NCBI GenBank assembly: GCA_050259615.1 | Contig: JBLNAZ010000056.1 | Span: 1,589-65,588 of the forward strand | Direction of reading: 5' to 3' | Source: Syntrophomonadaceae bacterium | GTDB taxonomy: Bacteria; Bacteroidota; Ignavibacteria; Ignavibacteriales; SURF-24 | DNA length: 64,000 nucleotides | Shown: one piece after another, positions 1 to 8,051 of the stretch | How positions within the stretch are numbered: the first letter of the stretch is position 1 | Layout of the letters: each line of letters opens with the position of its first letter | Notes under the pieces: model-generated | Told to the model about the DNA's origin: nothing | The model's database searches: none | The model's input: only the letters and a program-made list of their open reading frames with translations | Position numbers and translations under genes: made by a program

Positions 1-634
1 TATCGCCATACTGGTCAAATAATCCTTTTGCTATATCCTTAATGTATTCTCCCTGATAATGGTCTTCAGGAAATTCAGTTCCTTTTCCCGTGAGCTCCAT
101 GTAGCGGTATTTTACGGATTCGCCAAGAACCCTCATCTGACGGCCTGCGTTATTAAAATAATATTCGCGGTCTACATTATAGCCAACCCATTCAAGCATA
201 TTGGCAATGGTATCGCCGTATACTGCATTTCTGCCGTGGCCTACTGTAAGGGGCCCCGTCGGGTTAGCAGAAACAAATTCCACCATTGCTTTTCTGCCTG
301 CAAATTTCTCTGAGCGTCCGAAGGAGTCTTTTTGATCAACAACTTCCTTTACAATTTTTGCAACATATTCAGGTGAAAAGTAGAAATTCAAAAATCCTGG
401 TCCCGCAATCTCAATATTCAGGATTATATTTTTATCATATACCAGGTTCAAAATGATTTCGCCGGCAATATCCTTTGGATTCCTTTTCAGCTTTTTGGTA
501 AGAAGCATTGCAATGTTTGTAGAAAAATCTCCGTGCTTGGCTAAAGCAGGAACGTTTAATATAAGTTCTGTATCCTTTAAGTAATCTAATTTTTCAGAGG
601 TGAGCCTGAAGGCTTCCAAAAGGTACTTTTTCAA
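1..634 (-). CDS. argS: Arginyl-tRNA synthetase, N-terminal part (the gene runs off the left edge)
   Basis: This minus-strand ORF is not in the track because it is truncated. My own translation from TTG at 634 (GGGAGA 6 nt upstream) reads MKKYLLEAFRL...GPGFLNFYF...FVSANPTGPLTVGHGRNAVYGD, which is the ArgRS N-terminal domain plus the class I HIGH region. Confidence 0.85.
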   Translation of the reverse strand, partial: MKKYLLEAFRLTSEKLDYLKDTELILNVPALAKHGDFSTNIAMLLTKKLKRNPKDIAGEIILNLVYDKNIILNIEIAGPGFLNFYFSPEYVAKIVKEVVDQKDSFGRSEKFAGRKAMVEFVSANPTGPLTVGHGRNAVYGDTIANMLEWVGYNVDREYYFNNAGRQMRVLGESVKYRYMELTGKGTEFPEDHYQGEYIKDIAKGLFDQYGD

Positions 635-689
635 TTAATATCTCCCATAGTTAAGCAGATAAGATAAAGATGTGTAATAAAACAAGAAC

Positions 690-721
690 AAAGCTTAAAC
701 TCTCCTGTGAGTTTAAGCTTT
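690..721 (-). terminator. Intrinsic terminator or attenuator hairpin between rsfS and argS
   Basis: There is a perfect 12-bp inverted repeat, aaagcttaaact/agtttaagcttt, with an 8-nt loop. On the minus strand it is followed by the T-rich gttcttgtttta. It overlaps the rsfS stop and lies about 55 nt upstream of the argS start. Confidence 0.5.
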
Positions 722-1063
722 GTCTTCAACAAGAAGCATAGGGGCATCTCCCCACAATTTTTCAAGATTATAGTAGCTTCTTGACTCATTTTTGAATATA
801 TGCACGATTACGTCAAAGTAGTCCAGCAGCACCCAGTTAAGGGCAGTAAGGCCCTCTTTATGATAACATTTGAACCCCTGCTTGCTGAGCTCCTTATCGA
901 CTTCATCAGCAATTGCTTTAACCTGTGTGTCGGAGTCTGCAGAGCAGATGACAAAATAATCGGCAATTGAAGACAGGTTACGCAGGTCAAGAATCTTAAC
1001 GTCGTGCCCTTTTTTGTTAAATATCAGATCCGAAATTTTTAATGCAAAATCTTTGGCTTCCAA
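713..1063 (-). CDS. rsfS: Ribosomal silencing factor RsfS (iojap family)
   Basis: The 116-aa product contains ...ILDLRNLSSIADYFVICSADSDTQVKAIADEV...NWVLLDYFDVIVHIF...R.YYNLEKLW, typical of RsfS/iojap. Confidence 0.85.
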   Translation of the reverse strand: MEAKDFALKISDLIFNKKGHDVKILDLRNLSSIADYFVICSADSDTQVKAIADEVDKELSKQGFKCYHKEGLTALNWVLLDYFDVIVHIFKNESRSYYNLEKLWGDAPMLLVEDKA

Positions 1064-1073
1064 ATAGTTTTCC

Positions 1074-1559
1074 TCACTTTAATGGTTTTAATTGATTATA
1101 GTCCCTTCCAATGACAATGGAAACATCCACAAAATATTCATTGTTTATCTGTTGAATTACGTTTTCTGCCTTAATGCCCAGAGTTTCAGCAATTTTCTTT
1201 GCATTAGCCATATTGCCCGTTCTGTCTATTACGAGCGTCTTGTCCATATCAAAAGAGCTATAATTGCTTACATTTACTACGTCGACCTTATTGTTTCGAA
1301 GGAAGTCCGTGAACCTGTCGGCCACTCCTCCAATGCCGCAGCCGTTTAGCACCTCTGCCTGAATTATTAATGAAGGGGTTTGTGACTTAGCTGCAACTTC
1401 AGCCGAAGAGTCTGAATGCATCATCTTGGCAACAATAGCGTAAGCCATATAGAGTATGATGGCGCCCAGGAGAAATATGACAACATTCAGAAATATGTTT
1501 GCGGTCGATTTTTTAACATCAGTATTCTTAACCGACTTATTAGTTTTCTTTTCGAGCAT
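1074..1559 (-). CDS. LytR_C (LytR cell-envelope-related C-terminal) domain membrane protein
   Basis: One N-terminal TM segment is followed by VLNGCGIGGVADRFTDFLRNNKVDVVNVSNY...DKTLVIDRTG, the LytR_C pattern. I prefer the start at Met15 (1559) because the track's 5' extension runs through the terminator hairpin at 1587-1619. Confidence 0.65.
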   Translation of the reverse strand: MLEKKTNKSVKNTDVKKSTANIFLNVVIFLLGAIILYMAYAIVAKMMHSDSSAEVAAKSQTPSLIIQAEVLNGCGIGGVADRFTDFLRNNKVDVVNVSNYSSFDMDKTLVIDRTGNMANAKKIAETLGIKAENVIQQINNEYFVDVSIVIGRDYNQLKPLK

Positions 1560-1578
1560 TTTATAAGTATAGTTTAAT

Positions 1579-1619
1579 ATAAAAAAAATAACCGGATACA
1601 AATGAAATATCCGGTTATT
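1579..1619 (-). terminator. Rho-independent terminator of the 1641-2144 gene
   Basis: There is a 12-bp perfect stem, aataaccggata/tatccggttatt, with a 9-nt loop. On the minus strand a T8 run (1579-1586) follows directly. Confidence 0.65.
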
Positions 1620-1640
1620 AAAAAGAAGTTAACAAAATTT

Positions 1641-2144
1641 TTATCTTCCGTATAACCAGTTATTGTCCATAAGGCTTCTGTCAAACATTCCGCCGTTATA
1701 ATATCCTCCGTAAGGTGAATAATAGAGCATCGGATTATTGCTGTACGAGACGTTTATCATAAAATTCTCGCTTGGGCGGAAGTTCAGCTGCGCGCGGCTT
1801 ATATAAATTCCGTTTATCTGGTCTGTTATCTGTTTGTTGAATGAGCTGTAAGGCGTATGGACCAGACTGGCATCGAGCTGTACGTTCAAATTATCAGAAA
1901 ACTTATAAGCCATGCTGTTAGTATAAACTCCCATTGCCAGGCCATTGCCGCCGAAAGCTGAATAAGACAGGTTATAGGAATGGTGCATCGTGAAATTATT
2001 AGGGTTAAAGAAGCCCAAAACCAGGCTGGGTGTTTCATTCTTAATCATTCCATCATGTACACTGGGCTGCCTGTCAAGCTGATCTCGGAACTGCCCGAAC
2101 GCAAAGCCTGAACAAAGTAACAGAATCATAAGTGCTTTTTTCAT
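1641..2144 (-). CDS. Hypothetical secreted, beta-rich protein (167 aa)
   Basis: It has the signal peptide MKKALMILLLCSGFAFGQ and Tyr/Asn/Ser-rich alternating segments like a small outer-membrane or periplasmic beta protein. I recognise no family motif. Confidence 0.5.
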   Translation of the reverse strand: MKKALMILLLCSGFAFGQFRDQLDRQPSVHDGMIKNETPSLVLGFFNPNNFTMHHSYNLSYSAFGGNGLAMGVYTNSMAYKFSDNLNVQLDASLVHTPYSSFNKQITDQINGIYISRAQLNFRPSENFMINVSYSNNPMLYYSPYGGYYNGGMFDRSLMDNNWLYGR

Positions 2145-2282
2145 AATAACACCTTTAATTTTCTAAGGCATTTTAACTAAAAGATGAAAAAAAATCAATC
2201 TTTTTACATTTGTATAAATATTATACATGCAGTTTCGTAAAAAGATCCTTTTTTTTACACTATTTTTGGCGAACGCCCTTTT

Positions 2283-2657
2283 TTACACCTGCTCTAAAGT
2301 AACCGGACTAACCTTTTTAATTTTATTCTGCTTATCTACCAGAACGATCCTTGGGGCGTGATGTTTCGCTTCCTCCTCAGTCATCTGAGAATAGGTGATG
2401 ATTATCACTTCATCCCCTACGGCTCCGAGGCGTGCTGCAGCTCCGTTAAGGCATATTATGCCGCTGCCAGGTTCGCCTTCAAGAGTATAAGTCTCAAATC
2501 TGGCCCCATTATTAACGTTGACAACCTGCACCTTTTCATAAACTAAAATATCGGCGGCTTCCATGAGGTCTTTATCAATCGTAATGCTCCCTTCATAGTA
2601 AAGCTCGCTCATCGTGACAGTTGCACGATGTATTTTAGATTTAAACATTTCTCTCAT
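2283..2657 (-). CDS. panD: Aspartate 1-decarboxylase
   Basis: The sequence [12 protein letters not shown]...YEGSITID contains the Gly-Ser self-processing site, followed by ...NGARFETY...[14 protein letters not shown]. Confidence 0.9.
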   Translation of the reverse strand: MREMFKSKIHRATVTMSELYYEGSITIDKDLMEAADILVYEKVQVVNVNNGARFETYTLEGEPGSGIICLNGAAARLGAVGDEVIIITYSQMTEEEAKHHAPRIVLVDKQNKIKKVSPVTLEQV

Positions 2658-2679
2658 TGCGTCTTTCGAATAATTATTA

Positions 2680-2795
2680 TTTCAACAGGTGTAAAATAAT
2701 AATTTTATTATCATTCTACCAGTACAATATTTGTATGGAATGGCTCTGCAAAGGCAAAAACCGCCAAATTATGCATTTTTCAACAGGTGAAAAAT
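2680..2795 (+). repeat. Two copies of an 18-mer direct repeat bracketing the panD-lipoprotein intergenic region
   Basis: TTTCAACAGGTGtAAAAT lies at 2680-2697 and TTTCAACAGGTGaAAAAT at 2778-2795 (17/18 identical). Each contains the small palindrome TTTCA-N5-TGAAA. Confidence 0.6.
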
Positions 2796-3508
2796 CAATA
2801 ATTATAAATACTTTTTGTTAAACTTACCGGTTCTCCCGATTTATTAAAGCGTATCTCCTCAACCAGGTTGCCCTTGTCGTCGTATTTATAAGAAAATTTA
2901 TAATAAAGCGTATTACTGGCCCCGTAATTGGCTGCTTCAATTTTCCTGCCTTCTTTGTCGTATTTGTACGTAAAACGCTGTTCTTTCTTGCCTTTTGAAT
3001 TATACCAGTTCTCCTCAACAATATTGTCTCTGTTGTCGTAAATATAGACGTAGGTCTTGTCCACGTCCCCGTTTGCCTTGTAGGAAATTGTCTTGACCTT
3101 TCTGCCTTCTTTATCGTACAAATATTCGAAACGCCTGTCGACGTGTCCGGCGCTGTCGTACTTGATGGTTTCAATCCTGCTGCCCTTAGAGTCGTATGCG
3201 TATTTATATCTTTCGCTGATTTTACCATCCGGGGAATAGACAATAGTTTCCGTCTGATTCCCATCATTATCATAAATAACCGAGGAAACTTTCTGTCCCG
3301 AGGGTGAGGGGTTTCCTGAGTCATAATTGTACATCCAGTTTTCGACGGATTTAAGCCTTGCAGTTTTGGCCGGGGGAATTTTTATTTCAGGGGCGTTTTC
3401 CTTTACGCGGGGTTCTTCCTTTCTGACCGTTTTACTGCCTGAAGAACAGCCGTTAAGTATAATGCTTAAGATAAATGCCGGGACGAGGAATAATCTAAAA
3501 AATTTCAT
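2795..3508 (-). CDS. YD/RHS-repeat lipoprotein
   Basis: The lipoprotein signal MKFFRLFLVPAFILSIILNGC starts at Met29 of the track ORF. It is followed by about 8 tandem units of about 22 aa of the form Y.YD..G....E..Y...G (e.g. YKYAYDSKGSRIETIKYDSAGHV, FEYLYDKEGRKVKTISYKANGDV). Confidence 0.6.
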   Translation of the reverse strand: MKFFRLFLVPAFILSIILNGCSSGSKTVRKEEPRVKENAPEIKIPPAKTARLKSVENWMYNYDSGNPSPSGQKVSSVIYDNDGNQTETIVYSPDGKISERYKYAYDSKGSRIETIKYDSAGHVDRRFEYLYDKEGRKVKTISYKANGDVDKTYVYIYDNRDNIVEENWYNSKGKKEQRFTYKYDKEGRKIEAANYGASNTLYYKFSYKYDDKGNLVEEIRFNKSGEPVSLTKSIYNY

Positions 3509-3656
3509 ATCGTTTCTGCTGCCTCTTTTTATCGAAAATGGCTTACCCCTCCGTAAATGGAGGGGTAAACCCGTAATACTATTATTTATCAAATCGGCCG
3601 TTCAATTTAAAGTCAATTACTAAGGTGTATTTTGACCTTTTTGCCGAACTGATGTG

Positions 3657-4115
3657 TCAGGACTTCAGCCTGGCAATAATTTCTACTTCTACGGCAGCAT
3701 TAAGAGGAAGTTCATTGACGCCGACGGCGCTGCGGACGTGCTTGCCCTGTTCTCCGAATATATTTACAAAGAACTCTGAAGCTCCGTTGGCTATTTTAGG
3801 CTGATCTGTAAAGCCGGGCGCACTGTTGATGAATGCCGTAACTTTAACAATCCGTTCTATGTTATCCAGGCTTCCTGCAACAGATTTAACAACACTCAGA
3901 CAGTTAAGTGCACAGAGCTCCGCTGCTTTTTTGCCCTCTTCTTCTGTCAGATCTTTACCAAGTTTCCCCTTGAATTTCAGTTCACCTGAAGCAGAAGGGA
4001 GCTGTCCGGCAGTATAGACGAGGTTTCCATCCTTAAGAGCGGGAATATATGCGGCAAGCGGTTTCGGGGCTTCGGGCACCGTATAGCCCAATTCTTTAAT
4101 CTTTTCTTCAATCAT
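3657..4115 (-). CDS. RidA/YjgF family protein (reactive-intermediate deaminase family)
   Basis: The 152-aa product contains [18 protein letters not shown]...[10 protein letters not shown]...[12 protein letters not shown]...[20 protein letters not shown], the YjgF/RidA pattern. Confidence 0.8.
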   Translation of the reverse strand: MIEEKIKELGYTVPEAPKPLAAYIPALKDGNLVYTAGQLPSASGELKFKGKLGKDLTEEEGKKAAELCALNCLSVVKSVAGSLDNIERIVKVTAFINSAPGFTDQPKIANGASEFFVNIFGEQGKHVRSAVGVNELPLNAAVEVEIIARLKS

Positions 4116-4161
4116 TTTTCACCTGTATTATTTTAAGATTTAAGTAATATTAAAATTATTG

Positions 4162-4210
4162 TAAATACAAGATAAATACAAGAGTTCAAAGTGCGAAGTT
4201 CAAAGTTCGA
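4162..4210. repeat. Two adjacent short tandem direct repeats in a divergent intergenic region
   Basis: TAAATACAAG occurs at 4162-4171 and 4173-4182 (period 11). AGTTCAAAGTNCGA occurs at 4183-4196 and 4197-4210 (period 14). Confidence 0.6.
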
Positions 4211-4401
4211 CGTTTTTGGCGTGCCCGTCTTTGAGCGGGGTTGAAAATGTCGGGGAAAATAGTTTAAATTCTAAGGGCATTTTTTCTTTTCATGCTTAAA
4301 CAGTCCCTGTCGCCTTAACAGCCTGTTTTATCTTGCTTTGCTTGGGCAATTTAATTAAAATGTATTAAGTTGAAATTGTACAGTAATATTCCCGGGGTTT
4401 T

Positions 4402-5265
4402 ATGAAAAATGTACTGTTTTTTTTGTCTTTGTTCCTCCTTTCTTTCTATTCATCTTCCCGGGCTCAGGATGAGTCCGCATCCGGAGATTCAATTGAGGTC
4501 TTTCTGATAGATTCCTATATTACTCCGGAGGTGCCTCATAAATTCAGGCTGACATTTTACACCAGCGACAGCTGCAAATCGCGTCTGGTAATTCAGGGTA
4601 AATACGAGTTTATTGTATCCAAAGATTACGTAGAGGAGCACAAGGCTGAAATTGACCTTACGGACCTGAAATTCGATTCTACGGACATACCATTTGTAAT
4701 CTACGTTGAAGGGAAGAATGGCAAAACGAATGCAAGCGAGGGCTTTGAAGTTGCCTATCCGGTCTTTAACCAGTCAGAAGAAGTAAAACAAGGTGGATCG
4801 AGTCTTGTTATGATGTGCTGTTTCGGAGGCGTAATATTCGGTCTTCCGGCACCGGGATACGTAAGCTGGGGAGGTAAAAGCTACTTTAGTCTTACGAAGG
4901 AAATACCGCTTGTATCCCTGCAAACGAGCAGCTATAAGTATCCCGTAGGTTATTTTTCCGTGGAATATTCCTACATTTTCCAGCTTAAACAGGAGGATAG
5001 AAATTTTCTGCGCTTCGGATATAAGCACCTGTTCCAGGTTCCATATTTGGAATATGTTTCACCGGGACTGAACGGGTTCAGCAACCTGGGCGGCTTTAAT
5101 GGAATAAGCCCTGAGATTTCGGTTGGTCTTTTCAAGCTTTATGATATATTTACTTTTTATACAAAATACCGGTATAACTTCAAACCGGGGCAGGCGGGAA
5201 GCGATTTCCACGAAATAATGTTAGGCTTATATTCGGGATTCTTCACATTTCACCTGAACATATAA
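4402..5265 (+). CDS. Hypothetical secreted protein (287 aa)
   Basis: The signal peptide is MKNVLFFLSLFLLSFYSSSRAQ. The N-terminal part is beta-sandwich-like and the C-terminal part is Tyr/Phe/Gly-rich and beta-like. No motif is recognised. Confidence 0.5.
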   Translation: MKNVLFFLSLFLLSFYSSSRAQDESASGDSIEVFLIDSYITPEVPHKFRLTFYTSDSCKSRLVIQGKYEFIVSKDYVEEHKAEIDLTDLKFDSTDIPFVIYVEGKNGKTNASEGFEVAYPVFNQSEEVKQGGSSLVMMCCFGGVIFGLPAPGYVSWGGKSYFSLTKEIPLVSLQTSSYKYPVGYFSVEYSYIFQLKQEDRNFLRFGYKHLFQVPYLEYVSPGLNGFSNLGGFNGISPEISVGLFKLYDIFTFYTKYRYNFKPGQAGSDFHEIMLGLYSGFFTFHLNI

Positions 5266-5317
5266 TATGCCTGCTTTTATGAAGCCTGGAAATTATGAAG
5301 GGAAATATTGAGGAACC

Positions 5318-7861
5318 TTGATATACGGTTATCTAAAAATATTATTATGTCTATTTTTTACTTTCAGCACAGTTGAAGTTTCTGCTCAATGGGGCAACCT
5401 TAAAGGAAGGGTAACAGAAGGCGGTCAGGGCATCCCGGGTATAACAGTTATGCTGCAGGGAACAGACTACGGAGCACAAACAGCTTCAGACGGCACGTAC
5501 GAAATTAAGTCGATTCCTGAAGGTACATATAATGTAAGATTCAGCGCAATCGGTTATGAAACCGTTCTTAAGGAAGTAACTGTTAAAAAGGGCATCCAGA
5601 CACTCAACCTCGAAATGAAATCCACAGTAATTGTTACCGATGAGGTCAAGGTAGTAGGCGAAAGAAGACAAAGCCAGGAAGACCCTCGCGTGAGCGTTTT
5701 TAACCTTAGACCTGAGAAGGCACGCATACAGCCCGGTGCCGTTCAGGATGTCTTAAGAACTCTGCAGTCGCTGCCGGGAGTGCTCGCCCCGAATGATTTT
5801 ACTTCCCAGCTGGTGATCCGCGGATCGGGACCCGATCAGAATCTTATCATTATGGACGATGTGGAAGTATTTAATCCCTACCGACTCTATGGCGTAATCA
5901 GCATGTTTAACCCCGAAGCTGTTGCAGACGTAAGTCTTATAACAGGAGGTTTTCCTGCCAAGTACGGTGACAGGCTTTCTGCGGTTCTGGACGTAACTAA
6001 CCGTGAAGGCCCAAGAAATATAGGTTTTCAGGGAAATATCAATGCCAGCATTGTGGATGCCAACCTGGTGCTGGAAGGGAAAAACCCGCTTAATGTCCCG
6101 GGCAGCTGGATTGTAAATTCAAGAAGAACTTATTACGATCTGATAATCGAGCCCTTTGTTAAAAAGGCAGGTCTGGTGGAAGAGAATACCTCCTTTCCAA
6201 ACTTTTATGATTTTCAGGGCAAGCTTGCACTGGGGCCTTTCGGTGGGCACAGATTTCTTCTTAACGGAATTATTTCAAGAGACGGGGTAAACGTTGTAAG
6301 CGGTAAAAGCAGGAAAACCCCGGACAGCCTGAGCGTGCAGGATGTAAGCCGGAATGATCTGGCTTCGTTTTCATGGCATTATTCACCGTCAAAAAGACTG
6401 CTGAACAAATTTATTGTGTCGTGGTATAAAAACAGCGGCGACTCACAGCTGGAAGCTGCATTTCTGGATCCTTCCTTAAACAGGGATAAATTCAAGGATG
6501 CAGTTCCTGACACTGTTTCTTCTTATCTTCTGGGATTAGGCGTAACTTCATCTTTCTTTTTCAGAAAATATTCATACGACGATAAGCTTACATACTTCTG
6601 GGGTAATAACCAGCTTGAAGCCGGCGTAGGAGTAGACCAGATGAGAACCACCATAAATTTTAACTTCACTATTTCCCCCGAGCTCAGAGCCTTTATTGCT
6701 TCAAACGCTGGTTCCAGATCCATTCCGTCAGACATTAAAGATATCAGGGATTACTACCGCTACAGGGCTTATCTGCAGAATAATTTCAGGGTTTCTGAAG
6801 GCCTGTATCTGGAGCCCGGCCTGAGAATGGATTATTACCAGATTCTTCAAAAACCATATCTAGCTCCAAGAATTTCTCTTTCTTATGCTTTGAACGACAT
6901 CACTACTTTAAGAGCCGTATGGGGCGTTTTTTATCAGTCCCCTGGCTATGAAAAGCTGCGTGACCAGAATATGCTGCTGGACTTCAGTCCCCGGTATACG
7001 CACAGTCTTAGGGCTGAACGGGCAATTCATTACGTCTTAAGCCTTGAAAGGTGGGTGAGCGAGGAATGGAGGGCCAAAGTTGAAGGCTACTATAAAAGGT
7101 TTAATAATCTTATTGTTCCTGAAAAAGTTGAGGGACTAAATTTCTATACGGAACCCGTGCCGGGGAAAAACCCCGAAAATCCGGATGCATGGACAAGACC
7201 GGTCTATGTCCGCAGCGACTCAGTTTCACAGATCCCGGTTAATAATTCAGACGGGGAAGCCTATGGCTTTGAGATTCTTCTGGAGAAAAGAAACATTGCA
7301 GGAATCAACGTCCTTTCGGGCTGGCTTTCATATGCACTGGCTTTTGCAAACAGGTATGAAGACGCCGTAACAATCCCTTTCAGATACGACCAGAGGCATA
7401 CAGTAAACGTTGTGCTTAGCTATGAGGTAAGCAGGAGTTTTAATATAGGTCTGCGCTGGCAGTTCGGATCGGGATTCCCGTATACGGAACCTTTAGGTAT
7501 TAAGCCCAGAATAATTCTGATTGATACAAATGGGGATGGAAAACCCGACAGTCCTGAAATCGCTACAAGAATGACGGGTGCAAATTCCAGATCCCGCGTA
7601 ATTTACGACGTGAACTACGGAATAAATGCCGACAGGTATAACGCCCGGAAACCCGATTATCACAGGCTGGACTTAAGGTTTACGTGGCTTACGGATTTCT
7701 GGAATCTGGACTGGTCGTTTTATCTGGACGTGATTAATGTTTACAACCGTCATAATGTTGTAGGCTACAGCTACTTTATAAATGACGACCTCACGCTCGG
7801 AAAAAGGGTTAATACGATGTTTCCCATAATTCCTACTTTCGGCTTCAGCGTGAAATTCTGA
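5318..7861 (+). CDS. TonB-dependent receptor with N-terminal CarboxypepD_reg domain
   Basis: It starts at TTG and has a signal peptide. GRVTE..GIPGITVML.GTDYGAQTASDGTYEI..IPEGTYNVRFSAIGY is the carboxypeptidase-regulatory-like domain, and VLRTLQSLPGV...IRGSGPDQNLIIMDDVEVFNPYRL is the plug. A long barrel ends in ...PTFGFSVKF. Confidence 0.8.
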   Translation: MIYGYLKILLCLFFTFSTVEVSAQWGNLKGRVTEGGQGIPGITVMLQGTDYGAQTASDGTYEIKSIPEGTYNVRFSAIGYETVLKEVTVKKGIQTLNLEMKSTVIVTDEVKVVGERRQSQEDPRVSVFNLRPEKARIQPGAVQDVLRTLQSLPGVLAPNDFTSQLVIRGSGPDQNLIIMDDVEVFNPYRLYGVISMFNPEAVADVSLITGGFPAKYGDRLSAVLDVTNREGPRNIGFQGNINASIVDANLVLEGKNPLNVPGSWIVNSRRTYYDLIIEPFVKKAGLVEENTSFPNFYDFQGKLALGPFGGHRFLLNGIISRDGVNVVSGKSRKTPDSLSVQDVSRNDLASFSWHYSPSKRLLNKFIVSWYKNSGDSQLEAAFLDPSLNRDKFKDAVPDTVSSYLLGLGVTSSFFFRKYSYDDKLTYFWGNNQLEAGVGVDQMRTTINFNFTISPELRAFIASNAGSRSIPSDIKDIRDYYRYRAYLQNNFRVSEGLYLEPGLRMDYYQILQKPYLAPRISLSYALNDITTLRAVWGVFYQSPGYEKLRDQNMLLDFSPRYTHSLRAERAIHYVLSLERWVSEEWRAKVEGYYKRFNNLIVPEKVEGLNFYTEPVPGKNPENPDAWTRPVYVRSDSVSQIPVNNSDGEAYGFEILLEKRNIAGINVLSGWLSYALAFANRYEDAVTIPFRYDQRHTVNVVLSYEVSRSFNIGLRWQFGSGFPYTEPLGIKPRIILIDTNGDGKPDSPEIATRMTGANSRSRVIYDVNYGINADRYNARKPDYHRLDLRFTWLTDFWNLDWSFYLDVINVYNRHNVVGYSYFINDDLTLGKRVNTMFPIIPTFGFSVKF

Positions 7862-7862
7862 T

Positions 7863-7949
7863 AAATAGTTCGGGGATTTTCTCCGGATCTAACCGAAAGA
7901 CTGTCGGCGGACTTAGGACCCGGCGAAGCCGGAAACGGGAACTATTTTT
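7863..7949 (+). terminator. Long structured GC-rich element closed by a 9-bp stem and followed by a T-run
   Basis: aaatagttc (7863-7871) pairs with gaactattt (7939-7947), followed by tt. An inner hairpin ccggc-gaa-gccgg lies at 7920-7932. The element sits directly 3' of the TonB-receptor stop. Confidence 0.35.
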
Positions 7950-8051
7950 GTCACTTATTTTTTATAACAATTATTATTCCGTAAACTGATATATTTGTAA
8001 GATGAATTCGGAATCTTTTGATTTAATATCTAAAAAGGTAGTTTTTAGGAA

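Noticed and set aside
59-313. An 84-aa plus-strand ORF at the left edge.
   Set aside because: It lies antisense to the clear ArgRS N-terminal coding sequence, which contains the HIGH-region motif.
2735-2821. A 28-aa plus-strand ORF (MEWLCKGKNRQIMHFSTGEKSIIINTFC) between the two 18-mer repeats.
   Set aside because: It has no SD-like sequence upstream, it overlaps the 3' end of the opposite-strand lipoprotein gene, and it is too short to evaluate.
2824-3324. A 166-aa ORF on the same strand as the YD-repeat lipoprotein gene but in another frame, raising the question of overlapping coding or a frameshift.
   Set aside because: The open frame follows from the periodic repeat DNA lacking stops in a second frame. 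The product is a Thr/Arg/Pro-rich low-complexity string. The main frame is intact from lipobox to stop, so no frameshift is needed.
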